Position numbers and translations under genes: made by a program
The notes under the pieces: model-generated
Told to the model about the DNA's origin: nothing
What the model saw: only the letters and a program-made list of their open reading frames with translations
The model's database searches: none
Source of the DNA: the human T2T-CHM13v2.0 reference genome, Homo sapiens
NCBI RefSeq assembly: GCF_009914755.1
Contig: NC_060925.1
Strand: one strand, 5' to 3'
Length of the DNA: 64,000 nt
Shown: piece by piece, positions 25,000 to 37,765 of the stretch
How positions within the stretch are numbered: position 1 is the first letter of the stretch
Layout of the letters: the number at the start of each line of letters is the position of its first letter

Positions 25000-26330
25000 C
25001 TACCCGGACTAAAATCTTGTTCATCAAGACCCACCATCCACTCTTCACCAACATCCAGGTGACCGCTGAATCCCTGCTCACCCACCACCTCCCAGCTTCC
25101 TCACTAACAGGGCCTGTGTACCCATGCCTGCTACCTTCCTGGGGGAAGTACCATGCACAGCCCTGATGAACACGGAAGCCTCCCAACTGGGTCCAGTGCC
25201 AGCGCTCCCCCAGCTCAAACTCCACTTCAGCCCTCCCTTCACTCCACCCCTGCTCAACCCCTTGATCCTCTCCACCCCTCCCCCAGCCCTCCCTCCACTA
25301 CACCTCTCCTCCAGCCCTCCCTCCACTACACCCCTCCCCAAGCCCTCCCTCCACTCCACACCTCCCCCAGCCCTCCCTCCACTACACCCCTCCTCCAGCC
25401 CTCCCTCCACTCCACCCCTGCCCCAGCCCTCCCTCCACTCCACCCCTCCCCAACCCCTTGATCCTCTCCACCCGTGCCCCAGCCCTGCCTCCACTCCACC
25501 ACTCCCCAGCCTCCCTCCACTACACCCCTCCCCAAGCCCTCCCTCCACTATATCCCTCCTCCAGCCCACCCTTCACTCCATTCTTCCCCCAGCTCTCCCT
25601 CCTCTCCACTCCACCCCACCCCCTCCCTTCCACTCCACCGTTCCCCTAGCCCATCCCCTACTCCACTCCTCCCCTAGCCCTCCCTCCACTCCACCGCTCC
25701 CAGCCCACTCTCCATGCAGCAGCATAGCGATCTTTCTAAAATGCACATCCCAGAGTCTCCCCAAGGCCTCCTGTCCCCCAGGCTCCCCACTGTACTCAAG
25801 GTCAAGATCAGATCCCTCCTCGTGGCTCCTAAAATCCCATGGGGTGCAGCCCCTGCTGCCTTTTTTATCTTCTCAATCCTTGGCCACCCCTCACCTCCCA
25901 TGACCTACGGGAGCCTCAGGGACTTGCCGTCCTGCTGGCATCTTGCTCACTTGCCTTCTCCTGGGCCTTTGCAGGACCTCTTCCCCCAGTCCTGAAAGCC
26001 CCTCCCTCCTCACTGACCTCCCTGCCCTTGGGCCTCCAGGTCTCCACCCTGAGATGAATGGGATCAACTAGGACCAGGATCTTCCTGACTGTCTAATGCC
26101 AAGAGGGGCTTCCTCTGTGCCCTACAGTTCCATTCTCATCAGAGAACTGACCACCTAAATGGACCGCCCATTTCTCCACCACCTCCCCCATCTGACTGGG
26201 AGCCACCTGAGGACAGAGGCACATCTCACTCACCCCTGTAGCCCCAGGAGCTGGCTTCAGGCGTGGCCCAAAGTCAGGGGCTTCAGTGCACATTGACAGA
26301 GGCATGAAGAATGTCAGGCTGGCAGAGTGT
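25000..26330 (+). mobile_element. Degenerate L2 3' region split by a minisatellite
   Basis: AGCCTCCCAACTGG before the array; CTCCATGCAGCAGC..GATCTTTCTAAAATGCA..GGGCCTTTGCA..CTTCCTGAC after it. Confidence 0.65.
25205..25705. repeat. C-rich 28-bp minisatellite (~17-18 units), unit CCAGCCCTCCCTCCACT(A/C)CACCCCTCC(T/C)
   Basis: Direct periodicity; variant unit CAACCCCTTGATCCTCTCCACCC recurs at 25255 and 25451, 196 bp apart (7 units). Confidence 0.93.
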
Positions 26331-26444
26331 GGAGGGGCAGCGTGTCCCAGTGGTCACACTGTGTGGCCAACACCATCTGTCACTCACTCACCCACCTGCC
26401 CTCTCTTCCTCCTTCTCTTGCTCTCATGGAGGATAGGTGCCTAT

Positions 26445-26835
26445 TGTCAGGAATAATTCTGATTGGTCTAAATTAGCCATGGTAATCTCATCTCTCTTGG
26501 CCAGTGATTGGTCCAGGATAAGGGATAGACTTGTCTAAAATAATTCTGTGCCCTTTTGCTCTCCTCCTTCTTCCTGGCTGGTACCCAGACAAAATGCCTG
26601 GAGCTGTGGCAGCCCCATTGTGACCATGAGGTAACAAGCAGAGAGACAAAGCCAAACATGCCAAGAATGACAGAACAGAAAAGCAGAATGAGAGCACCTG
26701 GTACCTGATGGCATCATGAGTGCCCAGCGCCAGCAATTGTCCTCTGGACCTCATTTCGCGTGAGAAAAATAAACCTGTATTTGTTAAAGCTGCTATTAGT
26801 CAAGTTTTCTGTTACAGCCAAACACAGTTGTAATA
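26445..26835 (+). mobile_element. MLT1J-like LTR
   Basis: GCCTGGAGCTGTGGCAGCC..TGTGACCATGAGG..GAGAAAAATAAACC..TTTTCTGTTAC. Confidence 0.75.
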
Positions 26836-27004
26836 GATCTAGACAGATCCCTGTTCTATCACTGACTAGCTGAGTGGCCTTCGACAAGTCACTTAGGTTG
26901 TGAGCCACACTTGCATCATCTACTCAATAGACTGCTACCTTGTAGATATGCTCTGTGAGGCAGGGACAATATCTGTCATGTTCAGTGAAGAACCCATACA
27001 AGCC

Positions 27005-27260
27005 TAACAATTCCTAACATTCATCAAGAGCTTAGTATGTGCCAGCAATTGATGGGAGCACTTTGCATAAAGTATCTACCTTAGTTCTTCCCAGAACACT
27101 GGGAAATAAATAATATTATCAAATTCTGTAGATGAGACAACTGAGGCATAGAGTGGCTAAGTAACTCGTTCTGGGACACACAGCTGGTAAGTGACAGAGA
27201 TGGGTTGTGAACCCAGAAAGTCCACGTTTATCATGCACACTCCTGACCACTGTGCTATTG
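27005..27260 (-). mobile_element. MIR SINE
   Basis: TAGATGAGACAACTGAGGCATAGAG..CACACAGCTGGTAAGTGACAGAG..TGAACCCAG. Confidence 0.85.
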
Positions 27261-29069
27261 ATAGTGCCCTGGCACATGGTGGACACTCAGTGCATAGTTG
27301 CTGAGTAATGAATGGACCCGAAGCAAGAGTTGCTCGGCAACACACGGACTTTCAGTCCAGCTCCTTCCACCACTGCCTCAGATTGCAGGGAAATGCTGGA
27401 GCAGGGATGAAGTGGGGAGCCCCCAACTCCCAATCAAGGCCATACCTCTGCTAGGAATCTTGGCCCCTTGGGTGCGTAGCTGGACTCAATTTACTAGACA
27501 CCCTCTCAGGATCTTCTGTGATTGAGCTCATGTATTTGCTTTCATGTTAACTTTTATTACTTATTGATTTTTCCAACTTGCTTTAGCTGTGTCTATTTTT
27601 ATTTGCTTAAAGTAATAGATGCTGTTTGGTGAGAGAAGCAGGGTATGAAATTCTATAACCACAGCCAGAGATCCTCTCCTATATTAATGAGGCCATTACC
27701 CCCAGAGAGGGCAGGCGATGGGACCTGCCTATCACTCTGGCCATGAGTCCTGGATTGGGAAGGCCTGAAGCAGGGGTGTTCGCCTCTCTCCAGGGTTGGT
27801 GGTAGGAGCTGAGCACAGGTGCAGGCACTAGGGGAGGGGTCTGGGTCTGCAGGCAGAGGCAGAGGGTTCTGGGGTGAATGCAGGGCCGTGTTCAGTGGAG
27901 GCAAAGGGAAGGCCTAGTGTGGAACCCCCAGCAGTGCTCAGGTGAGAGGGGCAGTGAGACAGTGGACAGGGCTGCCAGGCCAGCCAGGGCCACAGGAGAA
28001 GGCATGAACAGTCCCAATTCACTCTCCACTCTCTTCACTGCTTTTGTTGCCTCTTGCCCCATTTATGCCTCTGGCAGTGAGAAGGACTTCTCTACCTCCT
28101 AACCACTGCACTATGCTGCCCTGGCACATAGCAGGTGCTCAATAAAGAGTCCTTCAGCAGATGAACCACCCTGTGCCATGAGCTGCCCACGCACCTGTGT
28201 GCCAAGGTATTTGTCTCACCGTTCTTGGTAAATGAGTCATTTAGCATGTCAACTTTGCCGACTAGTTTATGAGGAGTTGTTTATCTGAGAGTTGGGCTCT
28301 AGAAATGAATTTTCAGTGAATTGTCCTAACCCCGAAGAAGAGTGACATAGACTCAGAGAAGGGTGCAGGGTCTGGTAGGGCTGGGTGTGGCAGGAGATGC
28401 TGCTGAGGGGGAGGCTGGGACAGGCCTGCAAGGGCAAGCCGAGCCATGTGCTCAACCCTGAGGTGCTCCTAGAGGGCCCCAGACTGGGGGAGCCATGCCT
28501 GTGGTTTGGTGGTAGAAAGGCCGGCCCGGGTGCCCTGTCCTCGCCCCCACCCCCTGCTCGTCTCCTGCTGTTAGGATGAGCAGGTAAGCACAGCCCAAGT
28601 CCCTACAAGTCAGATGGGACCCTCATTCTTGCCTTTCCCTTTATTTGATGGATTATTATTTTGATTTAGAGGCAACATTGAACCACAGCTGTGGCTGAGG
28701 AAGGGATATTAGGCCATGAATAAAAAGATGTCAGTCAGTTCCAGCAACCTCAGAACAATTGCTTCCCTCAGTTTTCTAGTCTGTAAAATGGGACTATTAA
28801 ATTCAGTGCTCTAAGGGCCCTTCCAGTGCTAATATTCTGGTTCCTTGGGCTCACCTCAGTCATCTCTGTGGTTACTATGAGTCTACGTGTGGAAGGGACA
28901 TTGATCAAGCACCTTCATTTCCTCCTTCAGTCCTCACCATGGTCCTTCCAGGGCTGTTCCTGTGACCCCATTTTCCAAACAAGACATCCAGTGTCACCCA
29001 AGTGCCAAGGTATTTAAACTAGGCCAGAGTCTCTCTGGAGCCCAAGCTTCAACCACCCCTGTACTCACC

Positions 29070-29250
29070 AGAGGTGAGGCTTTGGGCAAGCAGCCTCCCC
29101 TCTCTGTGTCCCATCCTCTCCGTCTGTCAAACGGGGATAGTACTTACCTCAACGGGCTGATATGAAGATTAAATGGGTTAGTGTATGTGAAGTGCTGTAT
29201 TAGGCACTGGGCACACAGTAAGTGATCAATAGATGCTCGCTGTTGCTCTG
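29070..29250 (+). mobile_element. MIR SINE fragment
   Basis: TTTGGGCAAG..CTGTCAAACGGGGATAGTA..TGAAGATTAAATG..GCACACAGTAAGTG. Confidence 0.8.
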
Positions 29251-29804
29251 CTCCCTGGAAACCCTACTGAGTGTTAAGTGCACTGGAGACTCCTGATCGA
29301 AGCTGGAGGGTGGAAGTGGCAAGAGCCATTGGAAAGTTGAAGCCAGCAAGGTGAAGCCTGCTCAGTGTGGAGACGGCTCTTCCCAGCCCTCGCTCGGAGT
29401 TCCATGTCCCAAATCCTGTGCTGATTTGTGCTTAAAAAGCAAAACAAACCTCGGATACTTAAGTGTCAATTAGGGTGAGATGAGAGGCCTTCTCCCGGAA
29501 GTCACCCTGAGCTCTGTTTCAAATGGCTCTGCACAGTTTCCTCTTTAATGTGTTGTCAGCCTCAGCTCCCTCACACCGAAACTGATTATTGAGCGCCTAC
29601 TATGTGCTGGGTACTGTGCCGCTGCTGGGCCTGCACTGCTGAGCCATGCCTCCATCCAGCCTGCCCTTGCTGTCCCAGAGCAGCTCACAGTCTGGGTGCA
29701 GGTGGGGCACAATCATCCAATAGCCACAGCAAAATGTGGAATTGGAATGTGACAAGTTCCAGGAAGAAGAGAAATGTGCTGTGGTTTGTGTCTCCTTGCG
29801 TATC

Positions 29805-29950
29805 CACGAGTACATGAACATACATGTGAGTGTGTACACATGTGCCCATGTCATTGTGTGTGCATGTGTGTATGCATGTACCACTGTGCATATGCCTGTG
29901 TGTGCATCTTGTGCCCATGTACACGTGTGTGTGTATGTGTGTGTGTGTAG
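29805..29950. repeat. Degenerate (TG)n/(TGCA) alternating purine-pyrimidine tract
   Basis: Seen directly. Confidence 0.85.
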
Positions 29951-31109
29951 TCTGTGAGGTCAAAGAAGCATTCTCTCTCTCTCTTTTTTCACACACACAG
30001 CCTCTTGTGCCTGGCTAATTGCCTAAGATCAGTGTCTTCCTCTTTTGGTCCCACTCCCCACCTCTACCCCGCCTCTCTCACTGTCCCCTGCTCTGCCCCC
30101 TTGGCCCTGCAGAAGACTCTCTTCCCTTCTGATACCAGAAGAACCTAGCTGGGGCCCCTGGGAGGGTCACCTGTGCCCTTGACATGGTGGACCCTGGACC
30201 TCCCTGCTTCCCACACAGCCAGACAGTAACATCTACGAAGCTCTTTGCTAAGCGCAAAGATCTGGGCAGATGGAGATGACCACACATCTCCTTACTTTAA
30301 TGCTCACCCACATTAATGACAGTGGAGCAAGTTACCCAGATGACCAGTAACCCCAGAGGCATTAGCATTATCATGCCACTGTGGCACCATGTCAGTGAAC
30401 CAACTAATTCTAGCTCACATGTCTGATGTGTCCCCACCTCTGTCATCCCCCATGAGCACTCCATGAGGACAAGACCTGCCTCCCTTGTTTTCCGCTGCAT
30501 TTGTAGGGCCTGGCACACAAACAGGTGCTCAATAAATGTCCATTCCCTGCAGAACCCCCAGGCCCTCCCTGCTGGCTACCATGAACTTCGTGGGCTGGTG
30601 CAGGCCTAGCATTTGCTGCTGTACTTCCTCGTCTTTCTGCAGCTGGGCAGTCACATCCCCCAAGCTCCAGACTTCATTCTACCTCTTCCCTTTTGATAGC
30701 AGAAGTCTCGGTGGAAACTTGGAAATCTATTTGAGTTCAAATAAATAAACACACACCTAATAACACTGTTTGTCTTCCTCCACTTCTCTGTCATCCATCC
30801 AAGTGCTGTTCTCACTTTCGCAACCCTCCAATCTCCAGCCTTCTGTGGCCTCCTTCTGCCCTCCTTTCAGGACCAATGGCCCTGGTTGTTTTAAAAAAAA
30901 CAATAGAATGACTGAAGAACTAATAGTTGATAAAATATCACCTGCCTCCAAGTGGGGTACAGAGCAGCTAAGCAGAGACTGGCCCAGCCGAGTTGCAGGA
31001 CAAGGGCTGAGCATGGGCATTTGCGGCACATGCGTCACTGAGGGCCACTGAGGCCCACGGCGTGCTGGGCCCACTGCCCACGTGTTGGTGGCCCAGGGCC
31101 CATTACTTC

Positions 31110-31700
31110 CCCGCTGTGCCTAAGCTTTCTCAAGTGTAAAATGGAAATAATGATAATACCACTTCCTAGGGTTGTATTAAATTCACATATTTTATCATTA
31201 TAATAATAATAATATTGTATTAATATATAATTATATTATATCATTCTAATATAATAATAATGATAAAATACATGAATTTGTATGAAACCAGGGCTAAGCA
31301 CATAGGAAGTACTTAATTATTTTGGCTATCATCATAGCATCGTTATCATTCTCATTTTACTGAGCTTTCACAACCACCTTCCAGGATGGGTGATATGATT
31401 ATGAGGAAATTGGGACTCCGAGGACAGCCACTTGCCCCAAGTCCCACAGCTCAGAGCCTATGAGTGTAGCTTGTACGTAGCCACAGAGAGAACCTGTGCT
31501 GAGAGCTCACTGTGTGCCAGGTGCTGTGCTCAGCCCTCCAGAACCTTCTCTCATGCTGTTGCAAGCACATCATATGAGAGAGGCACTGCTGTTAATGACT
31601 CCGCGTTAGAAAGAAGAGGATGGAGATTCACAGACAAAAGCTCAGGCATATACCAGAGCTCAGGGGAAGAGCCAAGGCTTGAACCCAGATCTGCCTGACC
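31110..31700. mobile_element. Cluster of MIR fragments; the first carries an AT-rich insertion at 31179-31279
   Basis: TGTAAAATGGAAATAATG (plus strand); ATGAGGAAATTGGGACT and TTGAACCCAGATCTGCCTGAC (minus strand). Confidence 0.75.
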
Positions 31701-31714
31701 TCAGACCCCATGGC

Positions 31715-31960
31715 ATTCATCATTCATTCATTCATTCATCAGGTCACTCATTCAGCAAACACTTTCTGAGCCCTCACTGGATGCAGGCACCCTTCTAGGC
31801 AAAGGAATCCCATGGTGTTACAAGATAGACCCAGTTCCCTGCCCCAGTGGAACTGATATTCTACTGCAGGGAAAAGAAAATAAATCTTGAGTGTACAGCA
31901 TCCATTGCTGCGAAGGGCTGTGAAGAAATTAAAGCAGCGTGAGAGGGCAGAGAGCAGTGA
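31715..31960 (-). mobile_element. L2 3' end with a (CATT)n tail
   Basis: (CATT)n..CAGCAAACACTTTCTGAGC..CCCTGCCCCAGTGGAACTGATATTCTA. Confidence 0.8.
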
Positions 31961-33792
31961 GGGGCCAGAACATGGCAGTGTCTGTGCAGAATGAATAAAA
32001 TAAATATTTCATTAGAAGGAATTTCAGGAGATGAGCTATCCCCATCCCACTTGGCTTTGAGGCAGCTTGAAGTTTATACTCCCTCTTCATGGTGTAAAAC
32101 GATTCAACCAAAGGCACCCAAGACTATTGCAGTAAGGGGATGTCCAGCCCCTGGGCTCCCTAGGCCAGTAGTTTCTATTAAATAACCAGGTCCTTCATCA
32201 GGGTTTATTGAGGCCATCTGGTGCTGCACCCTTCAGATCCATTGTCTAGAGGGTAAGGACAATTGGAGAATATCCCAGGGATGTGGGAGATGTTTGTGCT
32301 CACAGAGGGACTCCACCCAGGTATGGGGCTGCTTTGGAGGGGAGGTCAGGGGAGGCTTCCCAGAGGAGGTGGCACTTGATTTGGCTTTTGAACCAAGAAT
32401 GCATTTTTTCGAGATGGAAATGGATAAAAGGTGGGGTAAAGGCTGCCCAGGCAGAGGATGCAGCAGGTATTGCTGAAGCATCTGGGTTAGGAGTGTGGGC
32501 CTTGGGGTGAGGTGGGCAGAGGTTTAATCATGGTGGTCAACACTGGGCGACACATCTCTGTGCCTTCATTTCCTTACCTGTAAATCCTAACAGCCTCTCC
32601 CTTAAGGAGTGTTGTGAGGATTGAATGAATTGGCCCATGGAGCCCACTTTGAGGAATGCCTGGCATGGAGTCAGTGCTGGGTAATGTTAGTGACCCATTT
32701 GGGGGCAGAACCCAGAGGCAGCAGGTGCGGGGGGGTGCAGGCTCTGAGACTGGAAGGCAATGGCCTGGACCATGGATCTGCTGCTTGCTGATTGTGTAAA
32801 CTCCAAGTGCTAGACCTGCCTATGGACCCTAGTTTCCCATCTGTAAGCAGGAGATCAGGCCCACCTTGCAGGGCTTCTGGGTGCATCCATTATAAACCAT
32901 CAAAGCTCCCAGCTCAGAGCAGATGCCTATGTGGTCATTGTAGGAGGCCCAGCTGCAGTCAGAGCTCCCAGTGGGTGAGGGCTTTGGGAATTACCAACAG
33001 GGAGGGATAATAGAGGTTGTCAAGAGATCAGAAAGGCCTCTAGAGGTCTCTATAACCTAGGCTGTTCTAGGTGGGGTGGGGGGCACGGGGGAGGGATCTT
33101 AAAAAGTAGAAAAACTATAGTTCCTCCCAGGTTCTTCAGGAAGGACACAAATGCTAACAAAGGCCTCAGTTGGACCAGATTATGAGTTTTCACACACTCT
33201 ATCAGCCCTGCGATGTAATTATTCTCATGTTATAAATGAGGAAACTGAGGCTCAGAGAGGGAGTGACCTGCAGAAAGTCATGCAACCCAAATTTGAACTC
33301 AGGTTTGTATTACTAGCTCTGTAAGGCTGTCTGAGCAGGACAAGTTTTGAGGTTTTCTATACCATGAAATCCAGTCTGTTCCCAGAAGGGAAACCATTAT
33401 TAGAGAAATGGTATGTAGTTCCGTATTAGGAAGAATTCTCATCCCTACTTTGGTGCTGCAATAACTCCCAAATGCCTTGATAGATCTGTGGTACTGAAGC
33501 CTCTAGAAGAAGACTCTGACAAGAACACAACATTGTCCAAGCTGAGCCCACTCTTAGACAGTCCAGCCTTCTCAGCCTTATCTGTGGTCCTCACCTTCCA
33601 CACAGATAATAAAAAATCTGAAGCTCAGAGAGGCTGAGGGAGCTCCTGAGGCCACCTAGCAGGTTAAGAGCAGAGTCAGGTTCATACCTTGCCCCACCCA
33701 GTTTTCAGGCCACTTAACCACCAGCTTCTAGATGGCTTTAGTGGGAGTCACATTCATGGATATGTGTGAGTCCTGGACAGGTGAACCATGGC

Positions 33793-36606
33793 TGATATGG
33801 CTTGGCGCTGTGTCCCCACTCAAATCTCATGTTGAATTGTAATTCTCAGTGATCAGGGAGGGACCTGGTGGGAGGTGATTGGATCATGGAGCGGATTTCC
33901 CCCATGCTTTTCTTGTGATAGTGAGTTCTCATGAGATCTTTACCATCTTTGCTAAAATTATAACTGAGGAACGTATGATAGTGAAAGAGATCAGACATGA
34001 CTGACTCCATCTTGCCTCTAACTTTTAAGCTGTCCTTGTTTATTCCTGGGCATAGGCTAAACTAACCTTGGGAAGAAATTCAGTTTATGGTTTGACTCTG
34101 AAACAAAGTTGATAGTAGCCCTTTGCCTGAAAAGATTCCCTTCTTGCCTGGGGACCAGTCTGCCTTTGCAGGACTAACAAATTAATTACAAGATTAGAAA
34201 TTAGTTTAGGGGTCATGCAGCCTCTGGCTGCAAGAGTCTGAACCTTCCCAAATTGCTACTGGGGATAACATCACTATTGTAAAACCTAAGATCAGTGTTT
34301 GAGATACTTTGCAGACCCTGCACTTGATGGATCAGGTGACACCACCCAGACCGGTAATCTGGCTCAACCAATTCTGTCATCCCACCCAGGAACAGAAGAT
34401 GGCAAGAAAAACTCGCTTCAATCCCCTATGATTCCATCTTCAACCTGATCAATCAGCACTCCCCACTTCCAAGCCCATATCCACCAAATTAACTTTAAAA
34501 ACTCTGGTTCCCGAATGTGAATGCTCAGTGAGACTGATTTAAGTAATAATAACACTCTCGTCTCCCACACAGCCAGCTCTGCATGAATTACTCTTTCTCC
34601 ATTGCAATTCCCCTGTCTTGATAAATCGACTCTATCTAGGCAGCAGGCAAGGTGAACCCACTGGGCAGTTATGTTACAATGTGATGGTTTAAAAATGTGT
34701 GGCACTTCCCACCTCATTCTTTCTTGGCCTCCTGACATCATGTGAAGAAGGTGCTTGCTTCCCCTTCCCTTCCACCATGATTGTAAGTTTTCTGAGGCCT
34801 CCAAGTCATGTTTCCTGTTAAGCCTGTGGAACTGTGAGTTAATTAAACCTCTTTTCTTCATAAATTATCTAGTCTCAAGTAGTTCTTTATAGCAGTGTGA
34901 GAACAGACTAATACAGAAAATTGGTACTGGGAGTGGGCCACTGCTATAAGGATACCTGAAAATGTGGAAGCGACTTTGGAACTGTTTGGGGCAGAGGCTG
35001 GAACAGTTTGGAGGGCTCAGAGGAAGACAGGAAGATGTGGGAAAATTTGGAAATTTCTAGAGTCTTGTTGAATAGTTTTGACCAAAATGCTAATAGTGAT
35101 ATGGACAATGAAGTCCAGGTGGTCTCAGATGGAGATGAGGAACTTATTGGGAACTAGAACAAAGGTCATTCTTGCTATGCTTTAGCAAAGAGACTGGCAG
35201 CATTGTGCCCCTGCTCTAGAGATCTGTGGAACTTTGAACTTGAAAGAGATGATTTAGCATATCTGGCAGAAGAAATTTCTAAGCAGCCAAGCATTGAATA
35301 TGTGGCCTGGCTGCTCCTAAAAGCCTATGCTTATTTGCATAAAAAGACAGATGGTCTGAAATTGGAGCTTATATTTAAAAGGGAAGCAGAGTGTAAAAGT
35401 TTGGAAAATTTGCAGCCTGACCATGTGGAAGAAAAGAAAAACTCATTTTCTGTGTAGGAATTCCATGTGGTGTTAGGCCTGTGGGTGCATGGAAGACAAG
35501 AGTTGAGGTTTGGGAACCTCCACCTGAATTTCAGAGGATGTATGGAAATGCCTGGATGTTCAGGCAGAAGTCTGCAGCAGGGGTGGGGCCCTCATGGAGA
35601 ATCCCTACTAGGGCAGTGTGGAGGGGAAATGTGGGGTTGGAATCCCCACACAGAATCCCCACTGGGGCACCACCAAATAGAACTGTGAGAAGAAGGCCAC
35701 TGTCCTCTAGACCCCGGGATGGTAGATCCACTGACAGCTTGCACCATGCACCTGAAAAAGCCACAGGCACTCAGCACCAACTGCAGTGGGGGTCTGTACC
35801 CTGCAAAGCCACAAGGATGGAGCTGCCCAAGGACTTAGGAGTCTACTTTCTGCATCAGTGTGCCCTGGATGTGAGACATTAAGTCAAAAGGGATTATTTT
35901 GGAACTTTAAGACTTAATGACTGCACTGCTAGGTTTCAGAATTGCGTGGGACCTATAGTCCTTTTGTTTTGGCTGATTTCTCCCATTTGGAATGGGAGTA
36001 TTTACCCAATGCCTGTACCCCTATTGTATCTGGGAAGTAACTAATTTGTTTTTGATTGTACAGGCTCATAGTCAGAAGAGACTTGCTTTGTTTCAGATGA
36101 GACTATGGACTTGACTTTTGCGATAATGATGGAATGAGTTAAGGCTTTGGGGGACTGTTAGAAAGGCATGATTGTGTTTTGAAATGTGAGAAGAACATGA
36201 GATTTGGGAGAGGCCAGGTCCAGAATGACATGGTTTGGCTCTACGTTTCCACCCAAATCTTATGTTGAATTGTAATTCCAAATGTTGAGGGAAGAACCTA
36301 GTAGGAGGTGATTGAATAATGGGGGCAGATTTCTCTTATGCTATTCTTGTGATAGTGAGTGAGTTCTCACGAGATCTGATGGTTTAAAGGTGTGGCACTC
36401 CCCCCTTCACTCTTTCTCTCTCCTACCACCATGTGAAGAAGGTGCTTGCTTCCCCTTCCCTTCTGCTATGATTGTAAGTTTCCTGAGGCCTCCAAGTCAT
36501 GCTTCTCATTAAGCTTATGGAACTGTGAGTCAATTAAACCTCTTTTCTTCGTAAATTACCCAGTCTCTGGTAGTTCTTTATAGCAGTGTGAGAACAAACT
36601 AATACA
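33793..36606 (+). mobile_element. Two-LTR MaLR element, THE1D/MSTA-like: 5' LTR 33793-34915 (split by LTR8), internal 34916-36225, 3' LTR 36226-36606
   Basis: Both LTRs run TGA(T/C)ATGG..CTAATACA; internal region starts GAAAATTGGTAC..GATACCTGAAAATGTGGAAGCGACTTTGGAACT; purine tract before the 3' LTR; 5-bp TSD ATGGC/GTGGC. Confidence 0.92.
33940..34678 (+). mobile_element. Solo LTR8-family LTR (ERV1) nested in the MaLR 5' LTR
   Basis: GACTCCATCTTGCCTCTAAC..AAGCTGTCCTTG..GCAGACCCTGCACTTGATGGATCAG..GGCAAGGTGAACCCACTGGGCAG..TTACA; flanks ATCT/ATGT form a 4-bp TSD with 1 mismatch. Confidence 0.9.
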
Positions 36607-37519
36607 GTGGCCAAGTGGCCTTCCAGGCCTGCTTTCCTGCCTGATGTCTCCCCAGGGCCCGTTCCATGGTTGGCATCCATAAACACTTATTGAATGATTG
36701 AAGAGATGAACGGGGCACCTTTATATACATTATCTCACTTAATCCTACCCTGCAAGGCAGGAAAGGTGAGCCTTGTTATAGAAGTGTGGAAACTGAAGCT
36801 AAGAGAGAGAAGACACTTTGGCTGAGATTTCAGGGCTGGTGGGAATTGAACAAGGAGTCACCTTCTTTTCCCCACTCTTGACTTTTTTGAGTTCCACTTG
36901 ATCCCCTGCCCACATATTAAATGTCTGAGTTCTGCTCTGCAGTGTTTCTCAGTGACCATAGTACCCAATAGGAACCAGCCCCCAAAAACCTCTACTTTAA
37001 GCTTTGCTGAAATTTACAAGGCCATGAATTGGTCTTAAGACAGAGAAAGGAGTGTGGACTACAAAGACTCCTGTTTAAATTGTCCTGCTCCTTCTCCCTG
37101 GTGTTGATCTGTAATGAAGCCAGGCCTCTGCTTCATAGTAGGATCTGAGGACATGGCTGGGAGCATGAGCAGGACCCACGCTCTGCTTCTGACTCCAGCC
37201 TGTGACCTGGCATTATCAGACTTAATATCATGCTCAATTTGATCTCTATGTTTTCCAAGCTTAGCACAGCAGATTTTCCTCATTAATCTGCATTTATCCT
37301 TAAAGACAGTGCACCAAAGTGCAACCCCTTTTGACTTAGTTGGATGAACATGAAAAGGTCAAAAGACTTTTTCATAATTAGAAAGCTTCTCCCTTTCACT
37401 CCGTCTTCCCCCTCCTGCCTGCTCTGGGTTTTTCTCCTCTGCTACCTTGCCCCAAAACTCCCAAGGCTGTGTTCACAGACTGAGTCAGAAAGGGAACAGA
37501 GCTGGTGGTGGTAAAATGG

Positions 37520-37765
37520 AAGGTGACAGAACAGTCAAGTGATTAAGGCCCCAGGCTTGAGTTGGACAGACCCAGATTTGAACCCAGACTTTTCTACTTC
37601 CTTCAGGTGACACCTGGATCAAGAGACATCATATCGCCAAGCCCTGATTTAAACATTTGTAAAATGGCCATAAGAATTGCACCTACCTCACAGGCTGAGA
37701 TATTACCTATGAAGTTCTTAGCACTTAGTGCCTGGAATGAGGGAACTGATTAATAAGCTCTTGCA
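37520..37765 (+). mobile_element. MIR SINE
   Basis: GACAGACCCAGATTTGAACCCAG..TTTGTAAAATGG..ACCTACCTCACAGG..CTTAGCAC. Confidence 0.8.

Noticed and set aside
25205-25705. Possible PRDM9 hotspot array (CCTCCCT repeats)
   Set aside because: The main unit matches the 7-mer but not the 13-mer CCNCCNTNNCCNC at the same position; unsupported without ChIP data.
25124-25903. 259-aa Pro/Ser/Leu-rich ORF, the longest in the window
   Set aside because: It is the translation of the C-rich minisatellite and L2 flanks; it stays open only because the repeat lacks stop codons.
35203-35882. ORFs of 84 and 133 aa resembling database 'hypothetical proteins'
   Set aside because: Fragments of the MaLR internal ORF, broken by stops and deletions.
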